Source of the DNA: Kondoa subrosea
Lineage: Eukaryota
Direction: 5' to 3'
Assembly: GCA_039545335.1 (NCBI GenBank)
Contig: BCIN01000004.1
Coordinates: 1,168,925-1,232,924 of the forward strand
DNA: 64,000 bases
The number at the start of each line of letters is the position of its first letter. Position 1 is the first letter of the stretch. Positions 36,320 to 48,670 of the stretch are shown one piece after another. The notes beneath the pieces were generated by a model. It was not told the origin of the DNA, made no database searches, and worked only from the letters and a program-made list of their open reading frames with translations. A program made the position numbers and the translations under genes.

Positions 36320-37463
36320 ATGCAAGATGCTTCCTTGACTCGTCTCGCTCATCATCGTCAGCTTTTTAAATGTCGTAAAGGGAACTTTTCGCCTGATATT
36401 GAAAAGCTTTTAGCGGTCAGTCAGCCTTCCTGTTGATTGGTCAATGTTCAGAAGTCTCTTTTCAGAATGTACTCAATGAGCAGCGAGGCTTAGTGGAACT
36501 CTACCCTGAACTAAGACTCGTCAATACTTGGAATCAGGAATTCGTTGGCCTGTTGGACAAGTTTCGCTCAGAGGTAAGATTCTGCTGTCGTGCATCACAG
36601 GACTCTAGAGAGACTCACAGGCCTTACTCGTAGCGCAGGGCTGTTATCGGAGATCTGGAAGCGGTGATCTCATTTCAGATGGGGTGTAAGTTTGATACTA
36701 ATTCTCAATGATTTGCAGCTCCGAGACGCAGAATACGAGCAGGACAAGCTTACTGTGAGATGGTTAGTTAGTCCGGTCACGGAGGTGAGTCAATTCCTCA
36801 GCCGTGATCAGTCCAGATTTGACTTTTCCCTCGTCAGATCTTACAGGAGCTAGTCAAATTCCAATATGCCGTTTACCGACATGCTGCACAAGTCCTATCC
36901 GGAAGCGATACTAAGGAAGGGAAGCTCGCTGAAGCGCTAATCGAACCTTTGGAAAAGATGAACGAAGCACCGCTTCATCTTTCTTCGGATTCATATTGTA
37001 TGGACCAAGATGGGCGAATTCCTGGTCGCCGTCAATCTCTTCTTGAACTTCTGGAAGTCAATCGTCAAGCGGAGCTTCACGTCTATGTCATTGTTGAAGA
37101 GATTTTGTTTTTGTCTCGGGCGCAGAATCAAGAGAAAGAATGGACAGACATCAAAGAGGAAGCGGTTTGTCCTCACTTATAAGATCTCTGGTCAGGGCTC
37201 ATGCGCTCCGCAGATCCCTCGGCTCGTGACTTACATCGCGGTCAGTTACTCTAGAATCGTTTGTTCTGCTGTTGATACTTGTCGCTATCTTCAGCCTCAT
37301 TTGGAGAACAAGAATGCTGCTTATACTTCTGATCGATCGCCTACCGCGAAAGCAGTATACGAAGCTCTAAGGCTCCTGGTGAGCTATGTTTTTTTTCGCG
37401 CCAACTAAAAGGCAGGATCATTGACCTGCATAATAACGGAAGAATGTGACTCCCTTTGAGTGA
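36320..37463 (+). CDS. Hypothetical helical protein (orphan; ends uncertain)
   Basis: Series of short GT-AG introns joining in-frame exons (NVLNEQRGLVELYPEL..., ILQELVKFQYAVYRH..., IPRLVTYIA, PHLENKNAAY). Confidence 0.5.
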
Positions 37464-37706
37464 GGCCAACAGTCGGTTGGAATATATGCTCTTGTATTAT
37501 TGCCCTTGCATTGCTGCTATGACTTCGAAGAATCGATTACTTAAGATCCCAAGCTTGCTTGTCCTGACAATCACTGTATACGGACGGCTTCTCGCAATCG
37601 AGCCTACTCAGGCGACCTTTTCTGAGCTATTGTCACGGTGTCTTATTGCTAGAAGCAGTCTGGATCTGCAGTGACAGTCTGAGCCGCACGACATTTCGAA
37701 AGTCTC

Positions 37707-38897
37707 ATGCTCATGTGCAAGCGGTCTCGTCCTGGACCAGAACGTGTAGATCGTATCGGCTCTGCCCTACCTATCACTATTGGCTCTTATACTTTCATCG
37801 AGCTTCTATCGCATGATGGATTCTTCTCCAGTGTCTATCGAGCTACGAAAGCTGGCTTCGTCTATGCTGTCAAAGTACCGTTGGAGTCGTCTGATATGTG
37901 GAGAGCCGGTGTAGATAGCAAAGAGCAAGTTTTGATCTCGATCAGGCGAGAGAAGACGCTTCTGCAAGATTGCTTGACGTCTCCTTTTGTTGTGCAAATG
38001 ATAGTAGAGGATGATATTCATTTGAAGGATCTGTGTGTGCTCGAGCAGGGTTGTTGCAGTATCTATGAGTGGCACTACACATTACAAGCTCATTCTGGTT
38101 TGCCAGACGTAAGCTTCTCCTTTAAGTGGAAGTATCGCCATTTTACTGATAGAGCCACAGGATACATCTTGGCTAGCTTCTCTACGTACCACTAGCGAGC
38201 GAGAGAGCTATCTGAAAGATCGCCTCATTCCTTGCACACCATTGTAAGCATTTTGACTGTAGCCTTTCGCTGCTCTGACATCTTAGATAGCCAGCTAGAC
38301 CCTTCTCTCGTGCACTACTTGTCTCTTCAAGTCTTTGTGGCTATGCATTATCTACATCAAACTGCTCGAATAACACATGACGATATCAGGTTCTCCAATA
38401 CCATTGTTATGCCGGACTTTACTCTTCGAATATGTGATTTTGGTCAAGCGAGACGAATGCGAAAACCTGAAGAGGGTGTGAACGATTTGAAATACTTTGC
38501 CAATTTCTTCTGGCTTTTAGCGGTATGTCAATTCTTTCTCCTTAATTCAACCTGGTGGCCTCATTACTCGCAGACAGGAATGGGCAGCTATTTTTGCAGA
38601 TTTCAAGAGTCGGAAATTCGAAACTTGATCGAGAGTACAGAGTACAAGCATTCAGCTTTGGCGGAACTGGTTCTTTCTTGTTACGACCCCTCCAAGACTG
38701 TCGAGGATCTCACCAGAAGTATATACTGGACTGAGGAACATCAAGATATTGATATGCCTCAACTCCTTGATCTTCGAAGGGGTGAGCCATACCCCATTCA
38801 ATTCAGACTTCTGCGCAACCAGGCGTGGGATGGCTTGCCAGATCAAGGCAAGACCTTCCTTTCCGAGTCTGGCGTCCGCGTGCCAGAAAGCAGTTGA
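37707..38897 (+). CDS. Atypical protein kinase-like protein
   Basis: YAVK (beta3 Lys), RREK (alphaC Glu), ITHDDIRFSN catalytic loop and ICDFG; degenerate Gly loop and no APE. Confidence 0.75.
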
Positions 38898-39217
38898 TGG
38901 AGTAAGCGTTCTACAAGTGTCTTCGCACTCTTTGGGCTTATCTTTTCTACCAGGACAAGTAGACTGTGAAGTCATGTCTGCTTCATGCTTCTTCCAACGT
39001 TGTTACTACTCACTGTGTATATAGCGAAGTGAAAAGGTGATGAATCTTCGTGATTTCCATCATTGCATGTATATATGTTTGACAGCTTGTAACTATATAT
39101 TCCGATACTTAGCAGCCTCAGCAGATAAATGACACCCTTGAATAATGAGACAAGTTGAGACAAGATCGCATACCAAGTCGCATGCCGCTTCTCTTGATCC
39201 ACCAAAGCTGACTTGAA

Positions 39218-41838
39218 ATGGATTCGCCTCTGCCTGCTGGTAGTCCAACTCCTCAGACCAATAGCACAAATGGTAGCCACGAGACCTTCATTGAAGGCTT
39301 AGTCTATCGTGCGTTCAACATTTGACCAATTGTCAATATGCTCATACAAATGTGCCCATTTGTACAGCTCCTCCCGCTATCAGAGAGACGGTAGATAAGA
39401 CAGCAGCACATATAGGCAAAAGAGGTGCAGATGGACCAGCTTTAGAAGACAAGATTCGACAAAAAGGTTCGACTGGCAAATTCTCTTTCATCAACGCTAC
39501 AGACCCTTATCATCCTTATTACCAACATCGTCTGTCTTTGGTTCGAGCTGGAAAAGATCCGGCTGTTACTGTAGTTCAGGCTAAGAAGGAGGAGTCGGTT
39601 GTAGATGATGGGAGACCGAAAGTACCTCATCCTACACCTTATGAGTTCTTGCTCGATGTACCTAGTATGGCAGCTGTTGATTTGTCAGTTCTTTATCTGC
39701 GTGAGATCATTTGAGCCTAATTTGACTTAAACGGACAGGGATATCATCAAACTCACTGCTCTCTTCACCGCAAGATCTGGTAGAAGGTTTCAAACTGATT
39801 TAGCATCAAGAGAAGCAGCAAACTATCAATTTGAATTCCTCCAACCTTCTCATTCTCTTTTCCCCTTCTTCAATCGTTTAGTCGAACAATACACCAAAGT
39901 TTTAGTACCGGATACGGATCGTTTGGATCGATTATCTCTACATGCTGGTTTAGGTGGTCCATTAGGTAAAACTATAAATGATGATGCGGAAAGAAGACAA
40001 TTAGGTAGAAGAGAAGTGATGAATGAAGTAGCTGATAGAGTAGAATGGGAGAAATGGGAATCAGAGCAAAAGAAAAAACAAGAGGATTTAGAAGAAAAGA
40101 AGAGAATTGCTTTTGCTGAAGTGGATTGGCAAGATTTCGTTGTCGTTACTACTATTGAATTCACCGATGCGGATGATATGGGCGATTTGCATCAACCTTT
40201 CTCAATGAGTGATGTACAAAACATGTCAATGAGAGAAAAGAAGAGAGCGGCGCTTTCGATGCAAGGTCAAGAAGCTGAAGTTGATGAAGAAACGATTCTA
40301 GCTCAAGCGGAAGAAGCGGCAAAGAATGCTGGTTATACTGATGGAGTGTCTATGGAAGTCGATTCTGGTGATGAAGAAGTAGAAAATAGGAAACAAGCGG
40401 ATGAAATCAAGACTGCTGAGCCTACTTCGGGCGCTGTCAAGATCAAACCTCAAGGTTATGTTCCGAGATGTGAGTGATCGTACATGTATACGGAAACCGG
40501 TATACTGATGATGCGCAACAGCCAAACGAAATGCCAAGATTGCTACCACTCTCTGCCAAATTTGCGGCCAACAGATCCCAGTCGACGAAATCACAGAGCA
40601 TGTTCGTATTGAATTGCTCGATCCTCGGTGGAAAGAGAAGCAGAAGATTACAGATGCCAACAGAAGTGCAGCAAGTTTGCTTGGTACAGGTGCGTTGTTT
40701 CGGTACTTCACGCTGAATTTCAGCTGACTTTTCCAAATAATGTACAGGTTCGGATGTTTCTGCTTCCTTACGAGACCTGGCACGGAAGAGAACCGATATC
40801 TTCAGTACTGCAGGCATGTCAGAAGCAGAGAAACTCAAAGCGGCTCAAGAAGAAGCTCGAAGGAAAGCTAAAGACAGAGAAGCGGTGGTTTGGGATGGTC
40901 ATGTGGCTTCTGGAGAATTGACAACCAACAGATTCCAAACGGGCGCTAATCTTAATCAACAAATTGAAGCTCTTCATAAAGCTAAAGGTCTTACAGTGTG
41001 CGTAAACATAGGAAATACTTTTAGCTCTCGAGCTGATGGCTTCCCTCGTTATCGTACAGTGACAATGACCCGCGACGTATTGGACCTGGTTTGGCAGGCC
41101 AAGAACCAGTTCGAGAATTCGCTCCTCTGCCGTCTTTACCTGGCGCAACTATCTCTGCTCAACCTCAAGCAGGAGTTATAAACCAAAACGCACCACAGAT
41201 GTACAATCCATACGGAGTGCCTTTGATGCAGCCAAGTTCTCAACCTCCTTTCGCTCCGCCAATGTCTTCTGGTCCTCCTGCTGGATTCGGCTTCCCTCCT
41301 GGCTTCATGCCACCTCCGCCTCCTGCTGGATTTATGCCACCTAATATCAATGCAAGACCTGCAGACTCTAGTCCAGATGATGAACCTTCGGCTAAAAGAG
41401 CTAGAATGACCAAATTACCCGAAGGTCAATACTATAATGAGCAGATGTGGATCGATACACATCCAGTCAGTCATTCATATATAGTAGACTTTACGAGCTG
41501 ACAAGTTGCGATATTTAGGAACCGATTACGATTCAAGTACAGCTACCCAATTATCCTGACAGACCTGAATGGAAATGTGATGGTTCGACTCTGCCTCTGG
41601 AAGATGTACCACTTACGGCTCTGATCGGGACGCTACGTGACCGCATCCAGGTGAGCCTCTATGGAGCTGAACTATTATCAAACTGAACTCTGTCTAGGCC
41701 AAAACTTCTTTACCCATCGGTCGACAGCAACTCAGGCTGAACGATCGGATTCTGACTAACTCCAACACTCTGGCAAGTCTGAACTTCGATAATGGTGACA
41801 CGGTCACGCTGCAGATTAAAGAGAATAGGAAGAAGTAG
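39218..41838 (+). CDS. PRP21: Splicing factor SF3a subunit 1 (Prp21/SAP114)
   Basis: Two SURP domains (PPAIRETVDKTA...DPYHPYY; DIIKLTALFTA...FEFLQPSHSLF), FAEVDWQDFVVV, HVRIELLDPRWKE and a C-terminal ubiquitin-like domain. Confidence 0.93.
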
Positions 41839-41864
41839 ATGTGTATGCATGCATAGCAATTGTG

Positions 41865-44026
41865 TTACTGCTCGGCTACTTCCATGCTCGCATCGCCTAC
41901 ACTCGCATCGAAGCTGTCATCAGCTCCGACCATAGATTCATCCGCGTCATTTGGCGTGGCCATATATTTGCCTCGACCTAAGAAGATCAACTCATTCCTC
42001 TTCTTAGGCGGTCCTCGGACTCTCGGTTTCGGCGGAACTTGTTCTTCTTCGCTTTCTGATCCTTTCTTTGCACCCTTTTTGCCTTTTCCATTTGCTTTCT
42101 TGCCTTTCTTCGATGATGGACCAGCGGAAGAGTCGTCCTTGCCTGATACAGGGGGTCGACCGCGTTTGACTTTGTATGACTGTAGATCTGAGCCCATAGA
42201 GGGATGCCAACGAGGTCTCATAGTGCCTCTGCTATACACTGGTGCCACCTCTTCTTGCTCGATTTCTTCCGCTAGAGGGACATCTTCTTGGAGTGGTGGT
42301 GGAGGAGGATTGGGATCGATAGAAGCAGAACGAACGAATGCGCCAAGATCAGCCGACCAAACAAAACCTTCGAATTCCGTTTGTTGCTGAACTTTTTGTA
42401 GAGTTTGATAAGCTGCTATACTGGCGTAAGGAACATTGGTTTTAGGATCTTTGTAGCGAGCTGGTTGTCCCGTCATTGGACAGATGATAGGTCTTCGAGC
42501 TAGACGCACTATTAGCCAATGTTTGCATAAAGGTTGAAGAAGACCTACTTAGCGGTCGGCCTTTCGCAGGAATGATCTTAAGGTTCTCCCAATCTACATG
42601 ATCGCCGAACAGAGCAGTCATCTTCCGCGCATAAGGTTTCTGACCGCCATCATCTAATTGATCTAAATCTTCCAGCGTGATGAGCGTCTTTAGGTAGGGT
42701 GGATCAACTTCTTCTTCTGCTTCTTCTTGTCGAGCTTCAGTCGCAGGATTTGCAGTCTCTTCAGTGTTAGCAAGAGCTTCGGTCGATGGTAAAAGAGGCT
42801 CATTGATTAGCGTAGCAGATGAGGGACCTTCTTGAGGAAGTGCACTTGAGCTGGCCTCAGGATTTTTGGACTCTGCTGACTGTTTCGCAGAGCGGACTTG
42901 TAAGATCGCGTTAGGTTGTTCAATCTCTTGAATTCTTTTCCGCTTCTTTTCTCGTTCACCTCCCATTGTAGTGCTGATCCAGGTCAGCCTTGGGCCATAG
43001 ATCCCATAACCACCCGTTCCATGTAATCCATGTTCCCCAAATTCTCTTCTGATTTCTTCCGCTTCATAGAATGCTCTTAGACTCGCTTTGTTCAATTCTT
43101 CCGTTGCCAAAGCTTCTTCAATCAATTCAGTCTGAGTCCATTCCCTTTCTGATTTGGTAAGTTTATCACTTGCTCTTCTCGCCAAGATTTTATCGCGGTA
43201 AGCTTTAATTCGAGCTGCATCTTCAGCAGCACGTTCATCGACTTCTTTATTGAATTGAACAGCAGCAGTACGGGTAGAAGATCTTTCTGCAGGTGTACGA
43301 GAAGGCATGAATGTTCCACCTGGTGAATAACGACTTCGTTTTCTGCTTGCTGAAGGTTCATTCTCTGATTTTCGAGCTGCGAAAGGTTTGTGAATACGTT
43401 TCTTGAGACCTCGACCACCGGCACGTTTCTCACGAGCTTCCTATGAGAAGTAATAGTACATTAGAGTTGCTGGGAGTGGAATGTTGAAGCGAGACCTTAC
43501 TCTTCGAGCTTGTTTCTCTGCTCGCCGAAGTTGTTTCTCAGGACTAGCTTCTTCGCCTTCTTTATCTTCACTCTCCGATGAAGTCTCGCCAAAATCAGAA
43601 TCGAAGATATCCTTGTCATCTACATTCGACTTTGAGTGTCCATACTCGAACTCTGACTATAAAACTGCTATTACCTTTAGCTACAGCTTCGAAATCTTGA
43701 TCATTCTCTTCTTCAGCGAACAGTTCTTCAGCTTCCACTTCGCCTTCCTGATCCAACAAAGCTCGCATTCTATCCAAGACATGAGTAGGGAGTTGAGTAG
43801 AATGTAATTTAAAGACACACCGACTACCAGCATTAGCACGACGTTCTCTAGTGACTACAGCAGCTTCAATCTCCTCCTCCTCCTCTTCCGAACCTGATTC
43901 TGCATTTGAGTCTTGATCAATATCCATACTCTGCCCTTCTGATCCAACAGCGCGCTGGCTTTCATTATGTGTATGCCCTTCAGAGGTATACGGCACAGCG
44001 CTTGTGCTGGCTTGCGGGGTATTCAT
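41865..44026 (-). CDS. VPS72: SWR1 complex subunit Vps72/YL1
   Basis: RERRANAGSRMRALLD, DIFDSDFGETS, TQTELIEEALATEELNKASL and the YL1_C motif CPMTGQPARYKDPKTNVPYA. Confidence 0.9.
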
Positions 44027-44585
44027 GCTTCTCGCTGAGTGGGATCAAGATCCAACAAATACAGGAAACATGGTCTTTCGGAAGCAGCGACTTCGCCTTG
44101 ATAGAAATCAGCTCTAGCATCGCGAAAGCTTGTTACAGGATGACTACTGCGCGAATCTTTCACCTCGAGATGAACTTCACTGAAAGAGCAAGTCAAGATC
44201 CTTGCTCGTGTCTACTCTGCCTGCTCGGAGCTGTGTGTCGCTGTGCTGTGAGCTAGTCAGGAATAGAGTTGCTGGCAGTATCAAGTTCTCAGGCTGAGAT
44301 GTCTCTCTCTTGACTTGTCTGCTCAGCATTTGGGAAAGTCCCCTTTCAGAATAGCGCGGTTCTGACTATCTGGCCTTTGTCGTACGCGACTGTATATGCG
44401 ACACAACATAGTCTAGTGTCGTGTTTCCTTCTTCCTCTGAGTTCGCTCATCTCTTCCCTGATCTTCTGTATATCTAAATTAATGACCACCGTCTGGCTAT
44501 TCTGCCGGGAATTATGGCAGAACTCCATCACCTCACAATGCCCCTCTTTTCTCCATCACCCTACATTCTGCCCAATAAATCGGAA

Positions 44586-45954
44586 ATGAGCTTACATCAT
44601 CGAGCTACAGAACAAGGCACTCCTGCATTCATGCTGGGTGCAGTAGCTAGTGGAGTGCTGGTGTCCTTTCTACTCATGGGAGTGGTGAGTCCAGGCACGG
44701 CCTTTTTGAAGAGATCCAATACTCATGTTTGGATAGATCTTTGCCCAAACTGTCTTATACTTCGAGCGCTATTGGAATGATATTAGACGCATGAAAGCAG
44801 CTGTTCTTGTACTCTTTGTTCTTGCTGTGTAAGTTTGGGCTTTAAAAGTGAAGATCCATGCTAATCTGGGTGCAGCTTTCAAACGGCTTGTCAAGCATCG
44901 TGGTTGTAAGTCCAATAACAGGCTCGGCAATATCTCCAGACTGATTTCTGCTAGTCATGTTACATTCATCCAACGTTATGGCGATTTCGATGTCCTCTTC
45001 TCAACAATTTGGTCTCCCGAAATCAACTTTGCTTTCCTGGCAACCGTTTCCTCTATCGTTCAGCTCTACTTTGCTTTCCGTCTTTTATCAACTACTCGAC
45101 CACAACCTCATATTACCTATTCTTATCACTATCATATCTATTTTGAGTTGCATTAGCGGGTTCGCTTACTTTATTCGACAAACCTACTTGGGTAGCTACA
45201 TGGATCCGGGTGCCCGGAATCTGAGCTGGGTCTCTCAGGTGAGTCGGTCTCTGTCCAGACGTGATGTGGTCTCGACCTGACGGCTGGCTTTAGAGCGCTC
45301 AATTATTGCCTCCATTTGCAGATGTCTTCATCGCGGGAGGCATGTTATACAGCTACACTCGAACGAAAGCCAACCACGACGCTCAAAATGCTCTTGCAGT
45401 ATACAAGCAGTAAATTTCAATCTCACTCGCGGTTGTGCAAATAACTGACTGAAAGCTCTACTTAGGATCATCAAGCTCATCATCAGATCCAACGCTCTCA
45501 CTGCTGCTTTCTCTTTGACTGCTGGTTGTCTTTGTTTGGCTGGGTATAGCTTCGTAGCCTGGGCTTTCACCCTCTCTACGCCTAAAGTAAGCTATCCTTC
45601 TCCATCAAGTGGCATTTGACCGTAATGAAATGTTTGTAAAAGCTCTATTTCATCACTTTACTCTCATGTTTGAACGAAAGAAAGAAACAGAGAAGCAAGC
45701 TAGCTCAATTGAGTATCGCTTTATCTTCGGGAACCAATTCTAGTTCAGCAGATGGAAGTAGGATCGTAAGTTGCCTTACCTTCTGTATCTTAACGAGATC
45801 GCCTACGAGTATTTCCATGCAGACACCAAGAATAGCTGAGCATAGACCGGATTTCAGAACACCTGTTACTTCAACCGGCAAGGAAAGCCCTTTTCGTGGA
45901 ACGGAGGACAAATGGAACGAAGAAAGCGATAAGGTTCATTTCCAGGCATGCTAG
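44586..45954 (+). CDS. DUF6534-like multi-pass membrane protein with an apparent +1 frameshift
   Basis: GVLVSFLLMGVIFAQTVLYFERYWND, VQLYFAFR, ADVFIAGGM, IIRSNALTA and KLYFITLLSCLNER; the frame changes at 45083-45086. Confidence 0.7.
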
Positions 45955-46029
45955 ACACAAAAAGAATGTATAGTATAGCATATACAAGTCTAAATGGATA
46001 TGGAAATTACAGCATAATGATTGCGCCGA

Positions 46030-48250
46030 CTAAGTCGTTTGATGATGGATTCCGGCTAATTCATCGCACTTGATCTTCACCATGTAGGCGCGTAGATAAT
46101 GACGGTAACTAAGGGAAATCAGATCAGCTAGAATGGTGCTCTTCGTCCAAAGCTTACCGTTTGTCTTCAGTCGCGCTGACATCGATGTGCCTCATTGCAT
46201 GGATGTCATCATTTGTATGCTTGGAAGCCCAAGGTGCGACTTCATCAATGGTTTTTGGTTTCTGTCGTATATTTGAGCGGTAATTCGAGAGGGCCTCGAG
46301 CAAATGATGATTCACCTTTTCTTGGAAGCTGAGTCTAAGATTTTTACCAAATAAAAGATAGTCGTTTTTCACGCCTTGGATCTTTGCAGTTTATCATTTG
46401 CTGCTAAGTTTGGCTTTGAGCGAGTTGATCATGTTGTCGACCGTTCCGGGATCAATCTTGACATGAAAGGTGTCGCCTAGATTTCCAATGTCGATATGAC
46501 CCAGTTCCACACGTCCTGAATCGATATAGAGGCTGATCCATGGAGCGAACCCGTTGTGACCTGGTTTCTTTTGATGCTCCTCATAACGTCGCTTGCTATC
46601 AAAACATTCTGTGACATGAGATAAGCAAGTCCCCAGTCCAAGCTTTGCAAGGCTACTCACTAATATCGAGCTGCAAGCCCTTAATGGAGTATCTAACCAA
46701 GAAATCGACGTGTTCTGGGTAGGCGTCCGGACAGATGAAGCGACTGTCAAAGGTGACAGCACTACTTTCTACATGCTTCTTGGGTCCTGTGAATTCGCCT
46801 GAGGCGCAGTTAATGTCAAGCACAAAATACAGTAGATCCAACAATGACGTACCAGGTAAGATAGTTGCTGGAATGCCTACTTCATGGTTTGCCCAATCGC
46901 CATATAGAACTGCTCGGGCTAGATGCTCAATGACAGAAGCAGATTGCCCTGGAGAGATCGCCGCTGCCATGAGGGCAAGAGCAACAGGCAGGCAAAGACA
47001 ACTGACCCAGGCGAAGTTCATCCTTGCATGCTTCGACAATTTGATCCATCTCGAGTTTGCGACCTAGCAAAAAGGCGAACTCGTTCCGATGATCGCGGAC
47101 GAATGTATCAAAGGCTTTCCGGGTATGTTCGATCTGCTTATCAGTCTTTGCTTTGGTTTCATAGTGCTTTGGAGCAGATTCGAGCTGAAGTATTGTGTAC
47201 ACAGCAGTCGAAACTTGAGCACTAGGGCGGGTCTGTTCTGCTCCCATAGTGTTCCTCAGCGTGCGACATACTTGATCAATATTCGCTAAAGTGATCGGAT
47301 CATGATGACCAGGAACATTTCGGCGAGGTGGAAATTTCAGCTTCATGGCTTCCTTGCACTGTTCAAAAAATTTGGCGGTGATGGGATCATGCGGAAAGTT
47401 GCGCCTGATGTCTTCCGCCTTGTGTAGCTCTTCTTTCCTCTTCTCTTTATCTTGAGTCCGCCTTTCTATTGCTTTCTTGTCGTTGGACGCTGGAGCGCTA
47501 TTGTATAGAACGTTATAGGCCAGCGCTTCATTCGCGTGTTCGAAGTACTTTGCAAGGCCAAATTCCCAGCCATCAAGGCACTGCTTCCACTCGTTTGCTT
47601 CCTTATACTGGAATTGCAGACGATTCCACTCCCTGTCTAGTTCGGAAACACGATCTGCCAGAGCCCTTTGATACTGAACAGCTGTCGGATACAAAGCAGC
47701 CTAGCGAATCAGCAAGTCTATTAGTTCAATAAGATCCACAGAAAGACTACGCTTACTCCATTCAGCTCAGCCCGCAACCAGGCATTTGCAGCTTTGGAAA
47801 TGCCTTCGTTGTTCAAATAGGTCTTGGAAAGATCTCCACGTTCCTGTTTGACTTCTCGGCTAGCTTTCGAGACTCAAAAAGAGATGCTCACATTAATATC
47901 GTATCTTCCACCATAGCGGGCATGGGCCTTTCAAAATATAGATGAGGGATCGTTTGGCAAGTAGCACAGGACGAACCGCGAATTCAGCCTTAGCAAAGAA
48001 GGCGGGATTCCGTGATACAGTAGAGACTACGTTGATATTATCGAGTTCGATAGGTGACTTGTATTGATATCTGAACAAAGGAAGTCTGATGACTCAGAAG
48101 GCAAGCGAATCGATTGACTTACGACGAGGCTTGCGATTTTCTTCGCAGCTCAATAGCTGCGTTGCAAATAGACTCCTCCGTTGGTCTAGCAAAAGCAGGA
48201 TCACGATCAGACAAAGGCAAAAGAGCATTTGCAGCAGCTGGATGCGACAT
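46030..48250 (-). CDS. Hypothetical protein (orphan, multi-exon)
   Basis: MSHPAAANALLP start; GT-AG introns join ORFs 47893-48078, 46927-47694, 46653-47039, 46394-46762 and 46154-46372 in frame. Confidence 0.6.
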
Positions 48251-48670
48251 GGCGTCGAGCGGTCACGATAAAGATAAAGGGTATTGCAAAAGAAGATCAA
48301 GATAGCAAGGCAAAGGTTATTGGTACGGAAAGAGAAAGGTTTCATCGTCTACCTTGCGATGAAGAAATAGTGCAAAGGGTCTTTCCAAAATTTAGTGCAA
48401 GTCGCCGCCATTTAGTTGGGGCTCGTAAGAGAGTGAAAGAGCACCTCGGCGAGCTGCAGGATGCTCATGCTTACAGCCAGCCTAGCTCATGGTCGAGTTT
48501 GTGATATGACCCAGCAAATTCTTCGCGTCATCTAAAAGACACAGCCACCTTCATCAGTCTAGTTGACCTGCTAGAAAGCTCCAGAAACTGACCATTCCGG
48601 TCGACAAGACCAACCGGGGTTTCGTCAATTCCGCCTTGTGCTACCGGTCGCGCCTTAGGTAAAACACAAT

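Noticed and set aside
32050..36400. LTR, TIR or Helitron element carrying the P450
   Set aside because: No TG...CA termini, terminal inverted repeats, convincing hairpin-CTAG end, target-site duplication or transposase was found; only the coding-derived direct repeat is supported.
46653..47039. Apparent secreted protein with signal peptide MNFAWVSCLCLPVALAL overlapping the upstream ORF
   Set aside because: The hydrophobic stretch is an intron (gtcagt...catggcag on the minus strand) that joins the two ORFs in frame into one gene.
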